64,000 bases of DNA from Lytechinus pictus (Eukaryota), in the NCBI RefSeq assembly GCF_037042905.1, contig NC_087250.1, positions 21,950,001 to 22,014,000 on the forward strand. The letters run 5' to 3'. Of this stretch, positions 39,784 to 54,386 are shown one piece after another. The position numbers and the translations under genes are program-made. The notes beneath the pieces are model-generated. The model searched no databases. It was not told where the DNA came from and worked only from the letters and a program-made list of their open reading frames with translations. Within the stretch, counting starts at the first letter, position 1. Each line of letters opens with the position of its first letter.

Positions 39784-41231
39784 AGCTCTCCAAGTCCCAT
39801 ATCTGTCCACCAGTGGGTGTGGATGATACCCCCTCCCCCCAAAAGGGGGGGGGGGAATAATAATGATAATAATAATAATAATAGCAATAAAATAGTAAAA
39901 ATAAATCAAGAAGAAATAAAATGATAATAATAAACTAATGTTAATAATAATGAAAATAGTTCACTAACACTAATGATAATAATTTAAATTAGTGGATGCA
40001 TTTTGTGCTAACTCTTTCAGTCAAAGAGTCGTCAAGCATTGGGTTTGCTGAATATTTAACTAGTTCAGTGCTGAAGCCGATGATCACGGAAACTTTGAAT
40101 TGAAAAAGAAAATCAAAACAGAATCGACATACCCGATTCTTTGTCATTTATTGCTTTTAAAGGACAGTGACCAATGACCATGTTAGGGTTAGTTGATCCT
40201 GACGAAAAATAGGTTTTCCTTATAGTTGAAAACAGAATTAACACTTTGGTGAAGATTTGGCGAAAGTCCATCAAATATTAACAGGTTTGGGATCTTTTTA
40301 CCATATTGTTTTCCTTTATTTCATGACGTCACCTTGTAATTTCGTGTGCTAGCAACTCTCTTTAATATGGTCATCTGATATCAATTCCAAAATACAACCC
40401 CCCCCAAAAAAAAAAAAAATATCTAATTGTGGGTTCATTACATAATCAAACACATGTCTACGACCTTCTATACCTTAAATATTCTCTTTCATGATGAATC
40501 ATTTAAAAAAGTGAAATTTCTGGAATTCACATCCCGTGCCCTATGGGAGAGCTGTTCGAATATCAAGTTACCCCCCCCCCCATCGACCGAGACCACAATT
40601 TTCACTAAATCGCCCCGTATGCACAATGATTGGTACCTGTAAAATAATTTACCCTGTATAGTAATTAAAAACCATGACAAATATTTTGAGGATAATGTTT
40701 AGATTAGATTAATTTTCTTGTTTATATTTTACCCATAAAAATATAAATATTAAAGTTATTGCACATCCTAAAATTTTACATGAACTCTAGATAGAGCGGA
40801 ATTTCTTTTATCCATTACACATAATCAATTACATGTTATCTTGGAACTTTACACCAAGTGATGGGTAAGTTGCTTCACTTTGGTGCAACATTTTTTATCA
40901 ACATGCACTTTATCAATTACACCCATTTATCATGGGTAGGATGCGGTCTGTCACACTCTCTAAAAACCTGTATTAAATAGCACCGGACGAGGTTGGTTAT
41001 AACCGGAAGTAAAACATCCGACCTCCGGAAGAAATTGTTTGATTTAACTCCCGCGAGAAGGCGTCAATGGGTTTGCTCATTTGCAAACAATGTACAAGAT
41101 GATCAATGAAATTAATTTTGGTTGGATGTGTAGGCGACTCGGAAAGCGGTTTGACGGTTCCTCTCCATGATATATGGTGAAAATATGAGACATTCCTGTG
41201 GTGTTTCGCAGAAGATTTATATGTGACTTAA

Positions 41232-41651
41232 GGCGACCGCACACCTTACGATTGGTCTGCGACCCAATTTCAGAATAAGATGTTGTAGAATTCGATGCTA
41301 ATATTGAGACTTGGAATATCTTACTGTGTAATGTTCGAAAATCGAAATCGTCGTACGAATACCTATCTTCAAATCTTTGACTATGCTATCATCCTTCTTA
41401 GGATAAAAGCGAATTTAATATATAGTCGTAATGACGTCATAGCAGTCGTACGACTTGCTAGGATTTGAATCTAATTTGGCCTTTACTCCAAAATAAAAGC
41501 TTGCAATCTTTCAAAATGGTTATATTAGTATTCTTTCAATTAATTTTAACCTCAAACGATATGAAATGTTCCATTCGCATTTGCAGAAAATGAGCAAAGT
41601 GCGATTTGTTCCAAAATCGGATCGCGAACAGTCGCAAGGTGTGCGGTGGCA
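41232..41651. mobile_element. ~420-bp TIR element (G.C.ACCGCACACCTT.CGA)
   Basis: Inverted termini flanked by TTAA/TTA-like sites. Confidence 0.65.
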
Positions 41652-42720
41652 TTTACGGTCATGTTTAGTAACAACGCGCACATGATATTTAACGTACGCT
41701 ATCATTTATAAATACACGGCAGCGCGCGTCCTCCGAGCATGGTTTGACCAATGAAGTGATGCGTTTTAAAGGCGTTCGCCATTTATGTTTATAATAAGTA
41801 TATCATTCTTAACTATAATGTAAGAATTGGTGAAGTTTAGATATATTTTGACTGAGTAATAGATGAATAAAGCTCAACGTTGTGATCTCGTGGGGTCTAA
41901 AAATGCAAAACTATTTTTATTGCGTATCTCTCGAAACCTATCAAATGGGTAAACTTCAAAGCTTGATAGCAAAACAAAAAAAGTAAAATAAAGCACGTGA
42001 ACCCCTGTTAATTTTTGCATATTTGGAATATTTCGGGGCTAAAGCAACTCTGTGCAAAGTTTTGGGAAACTTTTAACTGCGAAACGTCCTTAAACGGCAT
42101 TAAACACTTAAGTCCTTGTGATCCCCTTGAAAGCAGTAATTAGTACTCGTTGGTGATAATTAAAATTTACATTATTACAAAGGGCTTAGTACTTGTAAGC
42201 TAGGTGCCTAACATTGCTAATGCATTACAGAGAAATTATACGGGTGCCTAAAAGCAGAAAATAAAGGGAATATATTCTGTTAGAATGACGGGGAATTCTG
42301 GCTACCAAAATCGAAAACAGAATTAGGAAGTTGCACAAGATTTCTTCCTCTTTCCAAAATAGATAGTGTTTCCGTGGGAACATAGAGATTGCATAATTCA
42401 TTGGCCAGTTATTGCTGGTGAGAACTTTGATTGCAATTATCGCCAACAAAAAACGAATTCAGATTCTAAGTAAAGCCCCATTCTGAAGTAAGGTTGAATT
42501 AATTTATAAACGTTGATCGAAAGTTGTGGTTAACTATCTGAACTATGGACAGTCAACTGCACTCTAAAAATATCGGTAAAATGAGGGTAATTATGACTGT
42601 GTCTAACCAACACTGGGCATTTCTTTGGGGCTTTTTTTATCCAGTGTGATGAAAGTTTTGTCCATTTTAAAGTAATTGCTGCTTATTTTTTTCCTCACTG
42701 GACAATATGCTTCCTGCATT

Positions 42721-44319
42721 CAGTGGCGTAACAGGCGGGGGGGGGGGGCAGGGGAGGCAAGTTGCCCCCCCCCCCTGGCGGATTTCACCGGGAAAATAGA
42801 AAAAACGGGAAAAAAAAGAAAAGGGAGGGAGAAATAAAGGGAAAGGGGAAGGAAAGGGAAAAGGAAAGGGAAAAGGAGAGGGAAAAGTGAAAAGAAAACG
42901 AAAAAGAAAATATATTTTTAATGGAAAAGGAAGGAAAGCGGAAAAATGAACGAAAAACCATTTGAGAAAGAACAAATCATTCCGAAAAAGGCCTATGTAA
43001 TGCAATAGCATGATGGGAAATAAATTAAAAGATGACAAAGAGGCAAACAATAACGGGAAATGAAGGTAGAATGTAATTAGTCAAAAGCTAAATTAGAAAA
43101 CAAAGAAAAGGGACAAGAAAAAAAACTTAATAACATGACCGGGCTGCCGAGGATAGAAAATAAAGAGCGGGAAGAAAGATGGACTGCATACAACATTGTG
43201 CTATAAGCTTGCTAAATTCAGGATGCAAATAAGCTACCGGGGCTTTGCCCCAGACCCCACGCAGTAGGGGCTCTTCATCTATAACCTTCAAATGGGTCTA
43301 TAACGCCCCCTGTAGGGACCCTTCCTACATTAAACGTAACGTTCAATCACTGGCGTACAGGCGGGGGTCTTCGTTCCATACCTAAGAGGAAATTAAATAA
43401 ATTATAGGAGACGACGTATAATGAAATGAATGGAAACAATGAATATGATGAAATGTGTTATTTGCTGAATATAATGGATATCTATCACATAATTAAAATT
43501 TAATTTCAATAGGCATTTTTTTCCAGCTCGCTTTGCTCGCTAGCGACTTTTTACACATTTTCCCACATTGCTATGTTTTGCCCCCTCAAAATATTTGGTT
43601 CAACTGGATTGAATAAATGTGTTGTGTGAAAGCTTTATTCAGTATATACCCGCGATTTTATTAAAAATAGCGGCAATCTGCGAGGTTTAAATGGCTTTGA
43701 TATCAAGAAGTTTCGGGGGCTCCAAACGGACCCCAACCGTAATTCACTGCCGTATATGATTATGGAAGGGTTGGGCCATGGTCCCCAAAAGTTCTACAAC
43801 CAAGAAAAAAAAAAGGAGGAAAGAAAAGCAAAGGAAAAGTGTAGGATATGATTTTATTTACTGAATACAATGTCAAAAAATATCTCAAAGTTAAATTCTC
43901 ATGAAAATGTGATTTTCATTCTCGCTCGCTTCGCTCGCTCGGGACTTATATTAAGCAGCTTCTTAGCACTTGCGCCATACTGCGCCTCTCGTTATTTTAC
44001 TTTTCACTCTACTGCTGCAAATAAACATGTTCAGAGTGGCATACAGACCACTAAAAAGGAATGGAAAGAGAGAAGAGTGAAATGTATTATTTTCTGGATA
44101 TCATGTCAAAATCTATAACAAAATTGGATTTTTGTATTAAAAATGTCAACAATTGTGCTCGCTCTCAACTTTTTTTAAAGAGAAATTCTGCCTGATATGC
44201 AATGTCTGGCCCTCTCAAAATCGTCGCCTCATTACACCATTACGCCTGTTCATACAATGATATGACCGGAAAATTTTTTGCTCTTGCCCCCCTGGCCACC
44301 GACCCCTGTTACGCCGCTG
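42721..44319. mobile_element. hAT-like non-autonomous element, CAGTGGCGTAACAGG TIR, 8-bp TSD CCTGCATT, nested in a CAC-type MITE
   Basis: TIRs and exact TSD at 42713-42720 and 44320-44327. Confidence 0.9.
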
Positions 44320-47044
44320 CCTGCATTGGGTAAAATACTGCCCCAAATTGGTTTGACACATAATCAGCCTCGTGCTGGTTGAAATTTTACGAAATATTTG
44401 TTTACAGCGTGTGACAGTACAGGTGAGATTCCCAATGCATCTGCTCATCTTATTCGACAGTGTCTAGGAATAACAACCGAACTTTCTTTAGCACATATGC
44501 TAGAAATGCCCATCATTGGTTGTAACCTACGAACTTTCAAATTAGCATCCGATATTATGAAGAATTTATTACTAAACGGGGGTAAATCTACTTCTGAGAT
44601 TTTGTTGTCTATATGATGCAGAAATCAAGACAGATATTGATTTCCAGTTGCTCACACCATCGAGTATTTTCCAGCGCTTGGCAACGTGGGCGTGTTACTA
44701 AAATCAACGCAACACAATTTGCTTTGATAACTTTAATTCACTTCAGTAATTGTGATACATTACACACATTATGGATAGACTTGCTATTAATATATAATTA
44801 CCAATTATTGGAAGATTTGCTATTATATAAATGTAATAGCCTACGTTAAACCAATCTTTTCTATGGTTAATAACTAGCACACCTACAAAAAAGATTGGTT
44901 AAAATAATAGCTGGTGAATTTTTATCCGACGAAAACAAATGGTTTAATATCAACCCGAATTATGATAGACACTAACCGATAAATTGTTTCTGACATTTTT
45001 GCTGTGCAGTTGAAAATGATATTAAAAACTTTATTACTATTAAATTATCATCGGCAGATTAGGTTATGATAAAGAGGCAAAATGACCTAAACTGATTTAT
45101 TGACTCCTATTATATATTTTTCACAGGGCTGTTTATTTTTAAACGAATTACACGATAATAATAATATATAAATTATATTCATTTACATATATATAATGTA
45201 GACAATCGATGTGATAGAAATAACGTTTTAAATCATCACGGTCTTCGGCATAATTAACATAATTTGCATAATTATGTAAGCTATTCTATTTTATAGTGTT
45301 TAATATTTGTCCGTGGTATTAAACTATGTAACAATATTTTAACACCTAATTTCTTCTTATGTATAATATGTAAGCAAAGATAATAATTTGAAAGGATAAA
45401 AATTATATATATCAGAGTCATGACACCTCAAAAATGCATTTTACTTTTATTTTTACCTTAGTATTATACATGTCTCTTGTATATATGCTTACATTTCACG
45501 ATATCATTGAAATTTGATATAACACCTTTTGGAAATAAATCCTTCCATACCAATGAGTCATAGTTCCATCACTATTTCAGGATTTGAATGATTCAATTCA
45601 ACCCCGCCCGAAAAAAACATTTAAGTGAACTACCACTTTTATTGTGGGACTACTTATATGTGCTGGATTACTTTTACAGAAAAGGGTGTGTTTGAATATA
45701 TGAAATATCAATTCCTATTATTTTTAAGTAACATTTTTTTCAAATGTACGAATTGTCCTTTGATTACCGCTAATTAGCTAGTAGAGAAATGACATTTCTA
45801 TTGAAACCCTTGTAATATCGTTAAAAAAATTTGTTTTCATTGAACTTGCCTTATCTGCTCATCATATACGTATGGGTTATGTGTTTTTTTTTATAGGAAA
45901 TGACAAGAAATTAAATTAAACTGACTATGAATAATTATCAAGGTTCAAGGTTTATTGATATCAACATTTCACATTTTCAACAAGTCAACAACTCAATACA
46001 AACAATAATAAATAAATGTCGTAAAATATGAAATGTATACCTAATATAACAATATTAAAAAAGATAAGGATGTTATTATAATCATTATTGTTTTTTATTC
46101 ATGCACCGGTTCTTTAGGATTATTGTTATTATTGATTTATATTTTGTTAAACATATATATTTCTTTAATGATGCTTTTTCCCCAGTGAGAGTATCAATTT
46201 GGAGAAATCAGATTCTTATACCTTGGTCACATTTGCTCTACGGCGGCCGTACGGCAAGTCGACAACAGCCGTTTTATTCATCTCTATTCAAATCACCTAT
46301 GTAGCTGATACAAAGAAATGTTCAAAACCGCTGTTTTCGACTCCCCGTAGAGCAAATGTGACCGATGTATTACCTCAGCTGATGAAACTGAAAGTAATTA
46401 CGAATCTGGCGTAAAACCAGAACTACCCTTCCCTCCTCCCCCTCCCCCTGGTTTCCAGTGGTGTGTAACTAATGAACAGCATTTGATAAAACACAACCGT
46501 GTAATAATGTGTTTGTCTATGATTGTTTATATTCTACATTTACGTTACGCTTAATAACAAAGTTTCGTGGCTCAACTTGTATACAACGCACGAGTGAGCA
46601 TTAGCATAACCAAGGTTTGAGTGCATCGACCCGATCTCACATCCGAAAACACCCGACTTCATTTCCGGAATCACCCGAAGTATGAATCCGGTCTCGGTGC
46701 GTATTGTTTTCAAATCAAATGCATGCCTAATGGTTCGCTTTCTGTTTACGGGATATTGCCTTGACCTTGGGTACACAAAGTTCACATTTTCATATTTGAT
46801 TCAACAATTTGCTTTAACACATGGTTGCACTTAATCTTTTCAGAAATATAGACATAACCACAGGTGCGAATTTCTATAAGAAGTTACATTGGTTGTTCTT
46901 TTAGACTGAAGAACTGAATTTGGTAATAGGATATCGATGAGGATAATAACAATACAGATAATATCAATGCATGAAGATAATAACAGGCTTTTGAAATTCC
47001 GACGGGGACATATTATACAACATCATGCGCGTATTCTGGGGGAA

Positions 47045-50000
47045 ATGGATGGAAGAAGAAGAGATAGAGAAAAAGAGGCGTTTAGAAAAAGAGAAGGAAA
47101 ATAAACAAAGAGTGGGAACGCCTCATTGATATTCTACCTAGCGGCGGCAAATTGATGTTTGACATATAGGGGGGGGGGGGGCGAAACGAAGTTTTACCTA
47201 GAGGCGCCGAACTAATATTTGACATAGAGGGAGGCGCCGAATTAAAGTTCGACCTATGAGGCGCTGAATTGATGTTCGTCCTAGGGGCGTCAAATTGATG
47301 TACGACCTACATGTAGAAGGCGGCGAATTGATGTTTTACCTAAAGGGACACCGAATCGATGTTCGACCTAGGAGGGGGCGCCGAATTGATGTTCGACTAA
47401 GAGGAGGGGTGCACGGGCCCAAGGGTAGGCGAAATGTGGGCACCAAAGAGAGTAAGGACAGAGAAGATAAGAAAAGGGAAAAAGGATGGAAAGAAGAAGA
47501 GAAAGAGAAAAAAGGGGTAAAAAAAAATAAGCAAAATGACCGAATAGTGGAGAGTGGCGCCGAATTGATGTTCAACCTAGAGGCGCCGAATTGACGTTCA
47601 ACCTGGTTGGGCGCGGAATCGATTTTCGGCCTAGAGGGCACCGAGTTTATGATCGACCTAGGGGCGCCAAGATGATGATCGACCTAGGAGACGGCGAATT
47701 GATTTTTTTACCAAAGGGGCCGCCGAATTGATAATCGACCTAGGGACACCGAGATGGTGATCGACCTAGGGGGTGCCAAATTGATGGTCAACCTAATGGG
47801 GCGTCGAATTGATGTTTTACCTAAAGGGACGCCGAATTGATGTTTGATTGGGAGGCGGGGTGCCCGGGCCCCCTGGTAGGCAAAAAGGGGGGCGCCAAAG
47901 AGAGGAAGGACAGAAAAAATAAGAAAAGGGGAAAAGGTATGGAAAGAAGACGATAAAGAGAAAAAAAAGGGTTAAAAAAAGAAAGAAAATAAAAGAGTGA
48001 AGGTGGGCGCCGAATTGATATTCTACCTAGAGGCGTCGAACAAATGATCGACATAGGGGGCGCCGAATTCATGTTCGACCTAGGAGGCGCCAAATTGATG
48101 TTTGACATAGAGGCGTCGAATTGATGTTCAACATAATGGGGCATCGAATTGATGTTTTACCTAGGGGCACCGAATTAATGATTGACATGGGGTCGCCTAG
48201 TTGATGTTCGAACTAGGAGGAGGGGTGGCCAGGCCCCAGGGTAGGCGAAATGGGAGCATCAAAGAGAGTAAGGACAGAGAAGATAAGAAAAGGGAAAAAA
48301 GGATGGAAAGAAAATGAGAAAGAGACAAAAGGGGATAAGAAAGAGAGAAGGAAAATGAAAGAAGAGTGGAGAGGGGGCGCCGAATTGATGTTCAACCTAG
48401 GGTACCGAATTGATGTTCAACCTGGTGGGGCGCCGAATTCATGTTTGACCTAGGAGGAGCCATATTGATGTTCGTCCTAGGGGCTTTGAATTGATGTTTG
48501 ACATGAGGGCGTCGAATTGATGTTCACCTAATGGGGCGTCGAATCGCTGTTTTACCAAGGGGCGCCAAGATGATGATCGACCTAGGAGACGGCGAATTGA
48601 TTTTTTTACCAAAGGGGCCGCCGAATTGATAATCGACCTAGGGGCACCGAGATGGTGATCGACCTGGGGGGCGCCAAATTGATGGTCAACCTAATGGGGC
48701 GTCGAATTGACGTTTTACCTAAAGGGACGCCGAATTGATGTTTGATTAGCAGGCGGGGTGCCCGGGCCCCCTGGAAGGAAAAAGGGGGACGCCAAAGAGA
48801 GGAAGGACAGAAAAAATTTAAAAAGGGGAAAAAGGATGGAAAGAAGACGAGAAAGAGAAAAAAAAAGGGTTTAAAAAAAGAGAAAGAAAATAAAAGAGTG
48901 AAGGTGGGCGCCGAATTGATATTCTACCTAGAGGCGTCGAACAAATGATCGACATAGGGGGCGCCGAATTCTTGTTTGACCTAGTAGGCGCCGAATTGAT
49001 GTTTGACATAGAGGCGTCGAATTGATGTTCAACATAATGGGGCATCGAATTGATGTTTTACCTAGGAGGAGGGGTGGCCAGGCCCCAGGGTAGGCGAAAT
49101 GTGGGCACCAAAGAGAGTAAGGACAGAGAAGATAAGAAAAGGGGAAAAAAGGATGGAAAGAAGATGAGAAAGATAACAAAGGGGATAAGAAAGAGAGAAG
49201 GAAAATGAAAGAAGAGTGGAGAGGGGACGCCGAATTAATGTTCAACCTAGGGTACCGAATTGATGTTCAACCTGGTGGGGCGTCGAATTGATGTTCGACC
49301 TATGGGCGCCGAAACGAAGTTTTACCCAGAGGTGCCGAACTAATGTTCGACATAGGGGGCACCGAATTTATGTTTTACCTAAATGGACGCCGAATCGATG
49401 TTCGACTAGGGGGAGGGGTGCCCGGCCCCCGCGTAGGCAAAAAGGGGGCGTTAAAGAGAGGACAGAAAGGATAAGAAAAGGGGGAAAAGGATGGAAAGAA
49501 GACGATAAAGAGAAAAAAAGGTAAGAAAAAGACAAGGAAAATAAAAGAAGAGTGGAGGGGGCGCCGAATTGATGTTTTACCTAAAGGGACACCGAATCGA
49601 TGTTCGACCTAGGAGGGGGGCACCGAATTGATCTTTGACTAGGAGGAGGGGTGCCCGGGCCCCCGGGTAGGCGAAAAGGGGCACCAAAGAGAGTAAGGAC
49701 AGAGAAGATAAGAAAATGGGAAAAAAGGATGGAAAGAAGAAGAGAAAGAGAAAAATAGGGGTAAGAAAGAGAAAAGGAAAATAAAAGAAGAGTGTTGAGC
49801 CGAATTGATATTCTACCTACGGGCATCGAATTGACGTTCAGGAGGAGGGGTGCCCGGGCCCCAGGGTAGGTAAAAGGAGGGCGCCGAAGAAAGGAAGGAC
49901 AGAAAAGTTAATAAAAGGGAAAAGATGGAAAGAAGAAGAGAAAGAGAAAAAATGGGTAAGAAAGAGAAAAGGAAAAAGAAAGAAGAGTGGAGAGGGGGCG

Positions 50001-52978
50001 CTAAATTGATGTTCAGCCTAGGGGCGCCGAATTTATGTTCAACCTGGTTGGGCGTCGAACTAATATTCGACCTTCGAGGAGGGACGCAGAATTGGTGGTC
50101 GGCCTAGAGGTGGCTAAGTTTGTGATTGACCTAGAGGCACCAAGATGATGATCGACCTAGGGGAAGGCGAATTGATGTGTTACCAAAGGGGGCGCCGAAT
50201 TGATAATCCACCAAAGGGCACTGAAATGGTGAACGACCTACGTGGCACCAAATTGATGTTCGACCTAGGAGGGGGCGCCGAATCGTTTGACTAGAAAGAG
50301 GGGTGCCCGGGCCTCAGGGTGGGCAAATTTCGGGCGCCAAAGACAGGAAGGACAGAAAAGATAAGAAAAGGGGAAAAGGATGGAAAGAAGACGAGAAAGA
50401 GAAAAAAGGGTAAGAAAAAGAAAGGAAAATAAAAGAAGAGTGGAGGGGGCGTCGAAATGAAATTCTACCTAGAGGCATCGAACAAATGTTCGTCATAAGA
50501 GGGGGCCCCGAATTCATGTTTGACTTAGGAGGAGCCATATTGATGTTCGTCCTAGGGGCTTTGAATTGATGTTTGACATAAGGGCGTCGAATTGATGTTC
50601 AACCTAATGGGGCGACGAATCGCTGTTTTACCAAGGGGCGCCGAATTGATGTTCGACCTGGGAGGGGGCACCGAATGTTCGACTAAGAGGAGGGGTGCAC
50701 AGGCCCCAGGGTAGGCGAAATGTGGGCACCAAAGAGAGTAAGGACAGAGAAGATAAGAAAAGATGAAAAGGATGGAAAGAAGAAGTGAAAGAGAAAAAAG
50801 GGGTTTAAAAAAATAAGGAAAATGACCGAATAGTGGAGAGTGGCGCCGAATTGATGTTCAACCTAGAGGCGCCGAATTGACGTTCAACCTGGTTGGGCGC
50901 GGAATCGATTTTCGGCCTAGAGGGCACCGAGTTTATGATCGACCTAGGGGCGCCAAGATGATGATCGACCTAGGAGACGGCGAATTGATTTTTTTACCAA
51001 AGGGGCCGCCGAATTGATAATCGACCTAGGGACACCGAGATGGTGATCGACCTAGGGGGTGCCAAATTGATGGTCAACCTAATGGGGCGTCGAATTGATG
51101 TTTTACCTAAAGGGACGCCGAATTGATGTTTGATTGGGAGGCGGGGTGCCCGGGCCCCCTGGTAGGCAAAAAGGGGGCGCCAAAGAGAGGAAGGACAGAA
51201 AAAATAAGAAAAGGGGGAAAAGGTATGGAAAGAAGACGATAAAGAGAAAAAAAAGGGTTAAAAAAAGAAAGAAAATAAAAGAGTGAAGGTGGGCGCCGAA
51301 TTGATATTCTACCTAGAGGCGTCGAACAAATTATCGACATAGGGGGCGCCGAATTCATGTTTGACCTAGTAGGCGCCGAATTGATGTTTGACATAGAGGC
51401 GTCGAATTGATGTTCAACATAATGGGGCATCGAATTGATGTTTTACCTAGGGGCACCGAATTGATGTTTGACCTGGGGTCGCCGAATTGATGTTCGACCT
51501 AGGAGGAGGGATGGCCAGGCCCCAGGGTAGGCGGAATGGGGGCATCAAAGTGAGTAAGGACAGAGAAGATAAGAAAAGATGAAAAGGATGGAAAGAAGAA
51601 GTGAAAGAGAAAAAAGGGGTTTAAAAAAATAAGGAAAATGACCGAATAGTGGAGAGTGGCGCCGAATTGATGTTCAACCTAGAGGCGCCGAATTGACGTT
51701 CAACCTGGTTGGGCGCGGAATCGATTTTCGGCCTAGAGGGCACCGAGTTTATGATCGACCTAGGGGCGCCAAGATGATGATCGACCTAGGAGACGGCGAA
51801 TTGATTTTTTTACCAAAGGGGCCGCCGAATTGATAATCGACCTAGGGACACCGAGATGGTGATCGACCTAGGGGGTGCCAAATTGATGGTCAACCTAATG
51901 GGGCGTCGAATTGATGTTTTACCTAAAGGGACGCCGAATTGATGTTTGATTGGGAGGCGGGGTGCCCGGGCCCCCTGGTAGGCAAAAAGGGGGGCGCCAA
52001 AGAGAGGAAGGACAGAAAAAATAAGAAAAGGGGAAAAGGTATGGAAAGAAGACGATAAAGAGAAAAAAGGGTTAAAAAAAGAAAGAAAATAAAAGAGTGA
52101 AGGTGGGCGCCGAATTGATATTCTACCTAGAGGCGTCGAACAAATTATCGACATAGGGGGCGCCGAATTCATGTTTGACCTAGTAGGCGCCGAATTGATG
52201 TTTGACATAGAGGCGTCGAATTGATGTTCAACATAATGGGGCATCGAATTGATGTTTTACCTAGGGGCACCGAATTGATGTTTGACCTGGGGTCGCCGAA
52301 TTGATGTTCGACCTAGGAGGAGGGATGGCCAGGCCCCAGGGTAGGCGGAATGGGGGCATCAAAGTGAGTAAGGACAGAGAAGATAAGAAAAGGGAAATAG
52401 GATGGAAAGAAGAAGAGAAAGAGAAAAAAAGGGATATGAATGAGAAAAGGGAAATGAAAGAAGTGTGGGGAGGGGACGCCGAATTAATGTTCAACCTAGG
52501 GTACCGAATTGATGTTCAACCTGGTGGGGCGTCGAATTGATGTTTTACCCAGGGGCACCGAATTGATATTTGACCTGGGGTCGCCGAATTGATTTCCGAC
52601 ATAGGAGGAGGCACCGAATTAATGTTCGACTAGGAGGGGAGGTGCCCGGGATGGGCGAAATGGGGGCACCAAAGATAATAAGGACATAGAAAATAAGAAA
52701 ATGGGAAAAGGATGGAAAGAAGAAGAGAAAGAGAAAAAAGGCGGTAAGAAAGAGAGAAGGAAAAGAAGGGTGGAGAGGGTGCGCCGAATTGATATTCTAC
52801 CTACGGGCATCGAAATGATGTTCAAACTAGGATACCGAATTGATGTTCAACCTGGCGAGACGTCGAATTGGTGTTCGTTCGACCTAAAGGCGCCGAAACG
52901 AAGTTTTAACCAAAGGCGCCGAACTAATGTTCGACATAGGGGGGCACCGAATTTATGTTCGACCTAGGGGTGCCGAGA
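47045..52978 (+). repeat. Hierarchical satellite: ~27-bp GGCGCCGAATTGATGTTCGACCTAG units alternating with ~150-bp purine-rich blocks
   Basis: Many diverged subunits; higher-order duplications with offsets of 816 bp (50761/51577) and ~3286 bp. Confidence 0.95.
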
Positions 52979-53574
52979 TAAAACGATCAAACAGGAGAAA
53001 ATGACTCCAGACTAGCAAAATGTATACGTTATATCCAATAACAAAACGTCGGTTTGGATTACAGATCGTTAGTGGCATCGATGGATCTATTTATCTTCAG
53101 CCCCAGGGACTTCTTACAGGTGTAATTGCCCTGTCCCTGAAGATTGTATCCTTCCGCCTTTCCTTCCTGTTAAGATCAAAGGCCCTGGTTATTTAGAGCC
53201 CAATTCACTCTTAATACTCATAACTTGTTTGTGATTTGACGTAGACTAGAATAAGTTTCATTTGAGGCGAATTTACTTCACCTTAAACAGAAACTAAACC
53301 ATTTTTTGTTAGTGTTAGTTTTGTTCGCTGCGGGTGAACTTTGAATATACAGGGTGACTTGTAATATCATAATTGAATGTGACAGAATAAAAAAAATGTA
53401 TATAAAGAGAGATACATCTTATTGTTCGCAAATCAGTTTATGCTTTTCATATGTTGCTGTGGGTGATTGAAAAAAGTCGACAATTTGGTTTCCGTAGTGC
53501 ATATAGCAATTTCATTTTATTGATGTACGATAAAACAGCAATGTGAATAAAAATGCCTTTTTCAAGGTCATAAG

Positions 53575-53646
53575 TTCTGTGCCAGGAATCGAACCCCCCG
53601 ATCCTCGTATCTCCAAACAAGCTCCTTAGACCACCCGGCCACAGTG
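53575..53646 (-). mobile_element. Degenerate tRNA-like SINE head
   Basis: Minus strand TGGCCGGGTGGTCTAAGG...GGTTCGATTCCTGG. Confidence 0.5.
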
Positions 53647-54221
53647 AATGGGATTGCGATAATGACGATACTGTTGATTATAAGTTTCTGATAATGAAGA
53701 TAATGATGGCGATAGTGGTGGTGATGGTGATAATGGACATGTTGACAACCGTTGTGTGGTGGTGATGATGACATTATAAATACACCAGAAATATTGCAGG
53801 ATTTGAGTTTTAACGAAAAATAAGAGTAACTAGAATAAAGTATATTGACGAAAAAGAGAAACCTCACAACATGAAAAAAATGAAACTGGTGAGGAAAAGT
53901 GAATATTAAATCTTACGAAGAAGACACGCGTACAACAACAGGCAACACTCTAAAAAAATGATTGGTTTAAGTGACAATTCTCTTGGTTAATATGAGTCCG
54001 ACTTATAAAATAGGTCAAAATCAACCAAATTCCTGGTAAATTTCAACTAATGATTTGATTGATTTTGACCAGTTGTCTTTGTCGGACACATTAACCAAGG
54101 GATTTTGACCAATCCTTTTTTTTTTGTTTTAAAGATAATGTAAATGGCAACTCATCATCCCACATGGTAATGTATATACAGTATGAATTTACCTGGATCT
54201 CTTGTTATTATTTTTTACCAG

Positions 54222-54386
54222 GTTTCATGTATAAGAAGGACGGAACCTGCCCAGCTAGTGAGGTGGTAAATAGACTCTCGAATGCAGTTTGCGATAATGA
54301 AGAATGTGTATACGATGCAGACTGTGAAGGCACAGAAAAATGCTGTATCAACAGCTGCGGAGGAAGATCATGTGTGGTCCCACAAG
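54222..54386 (+). CDS. WFIKKN: WFIKKN-like exon: WAP four-disulfide core
   Basis: KDGTCP...C...C..DADC.G..KCC...CG..C (8 Cys). Confidence 0.93.

Noticed and set aside
46376..46410. CUGAUGA...GAAA hammerhead-like match
   Set aside because: Only 4 nt lie between the boxes, so there is no stem II.
47045..52978. CRISPR-like repeat/spacer appearance
   Set aside because: Units are degenerate and often adjacent, the spacers are homologous to each other, there are no cas genes, and the context is a eukaryotic intron.
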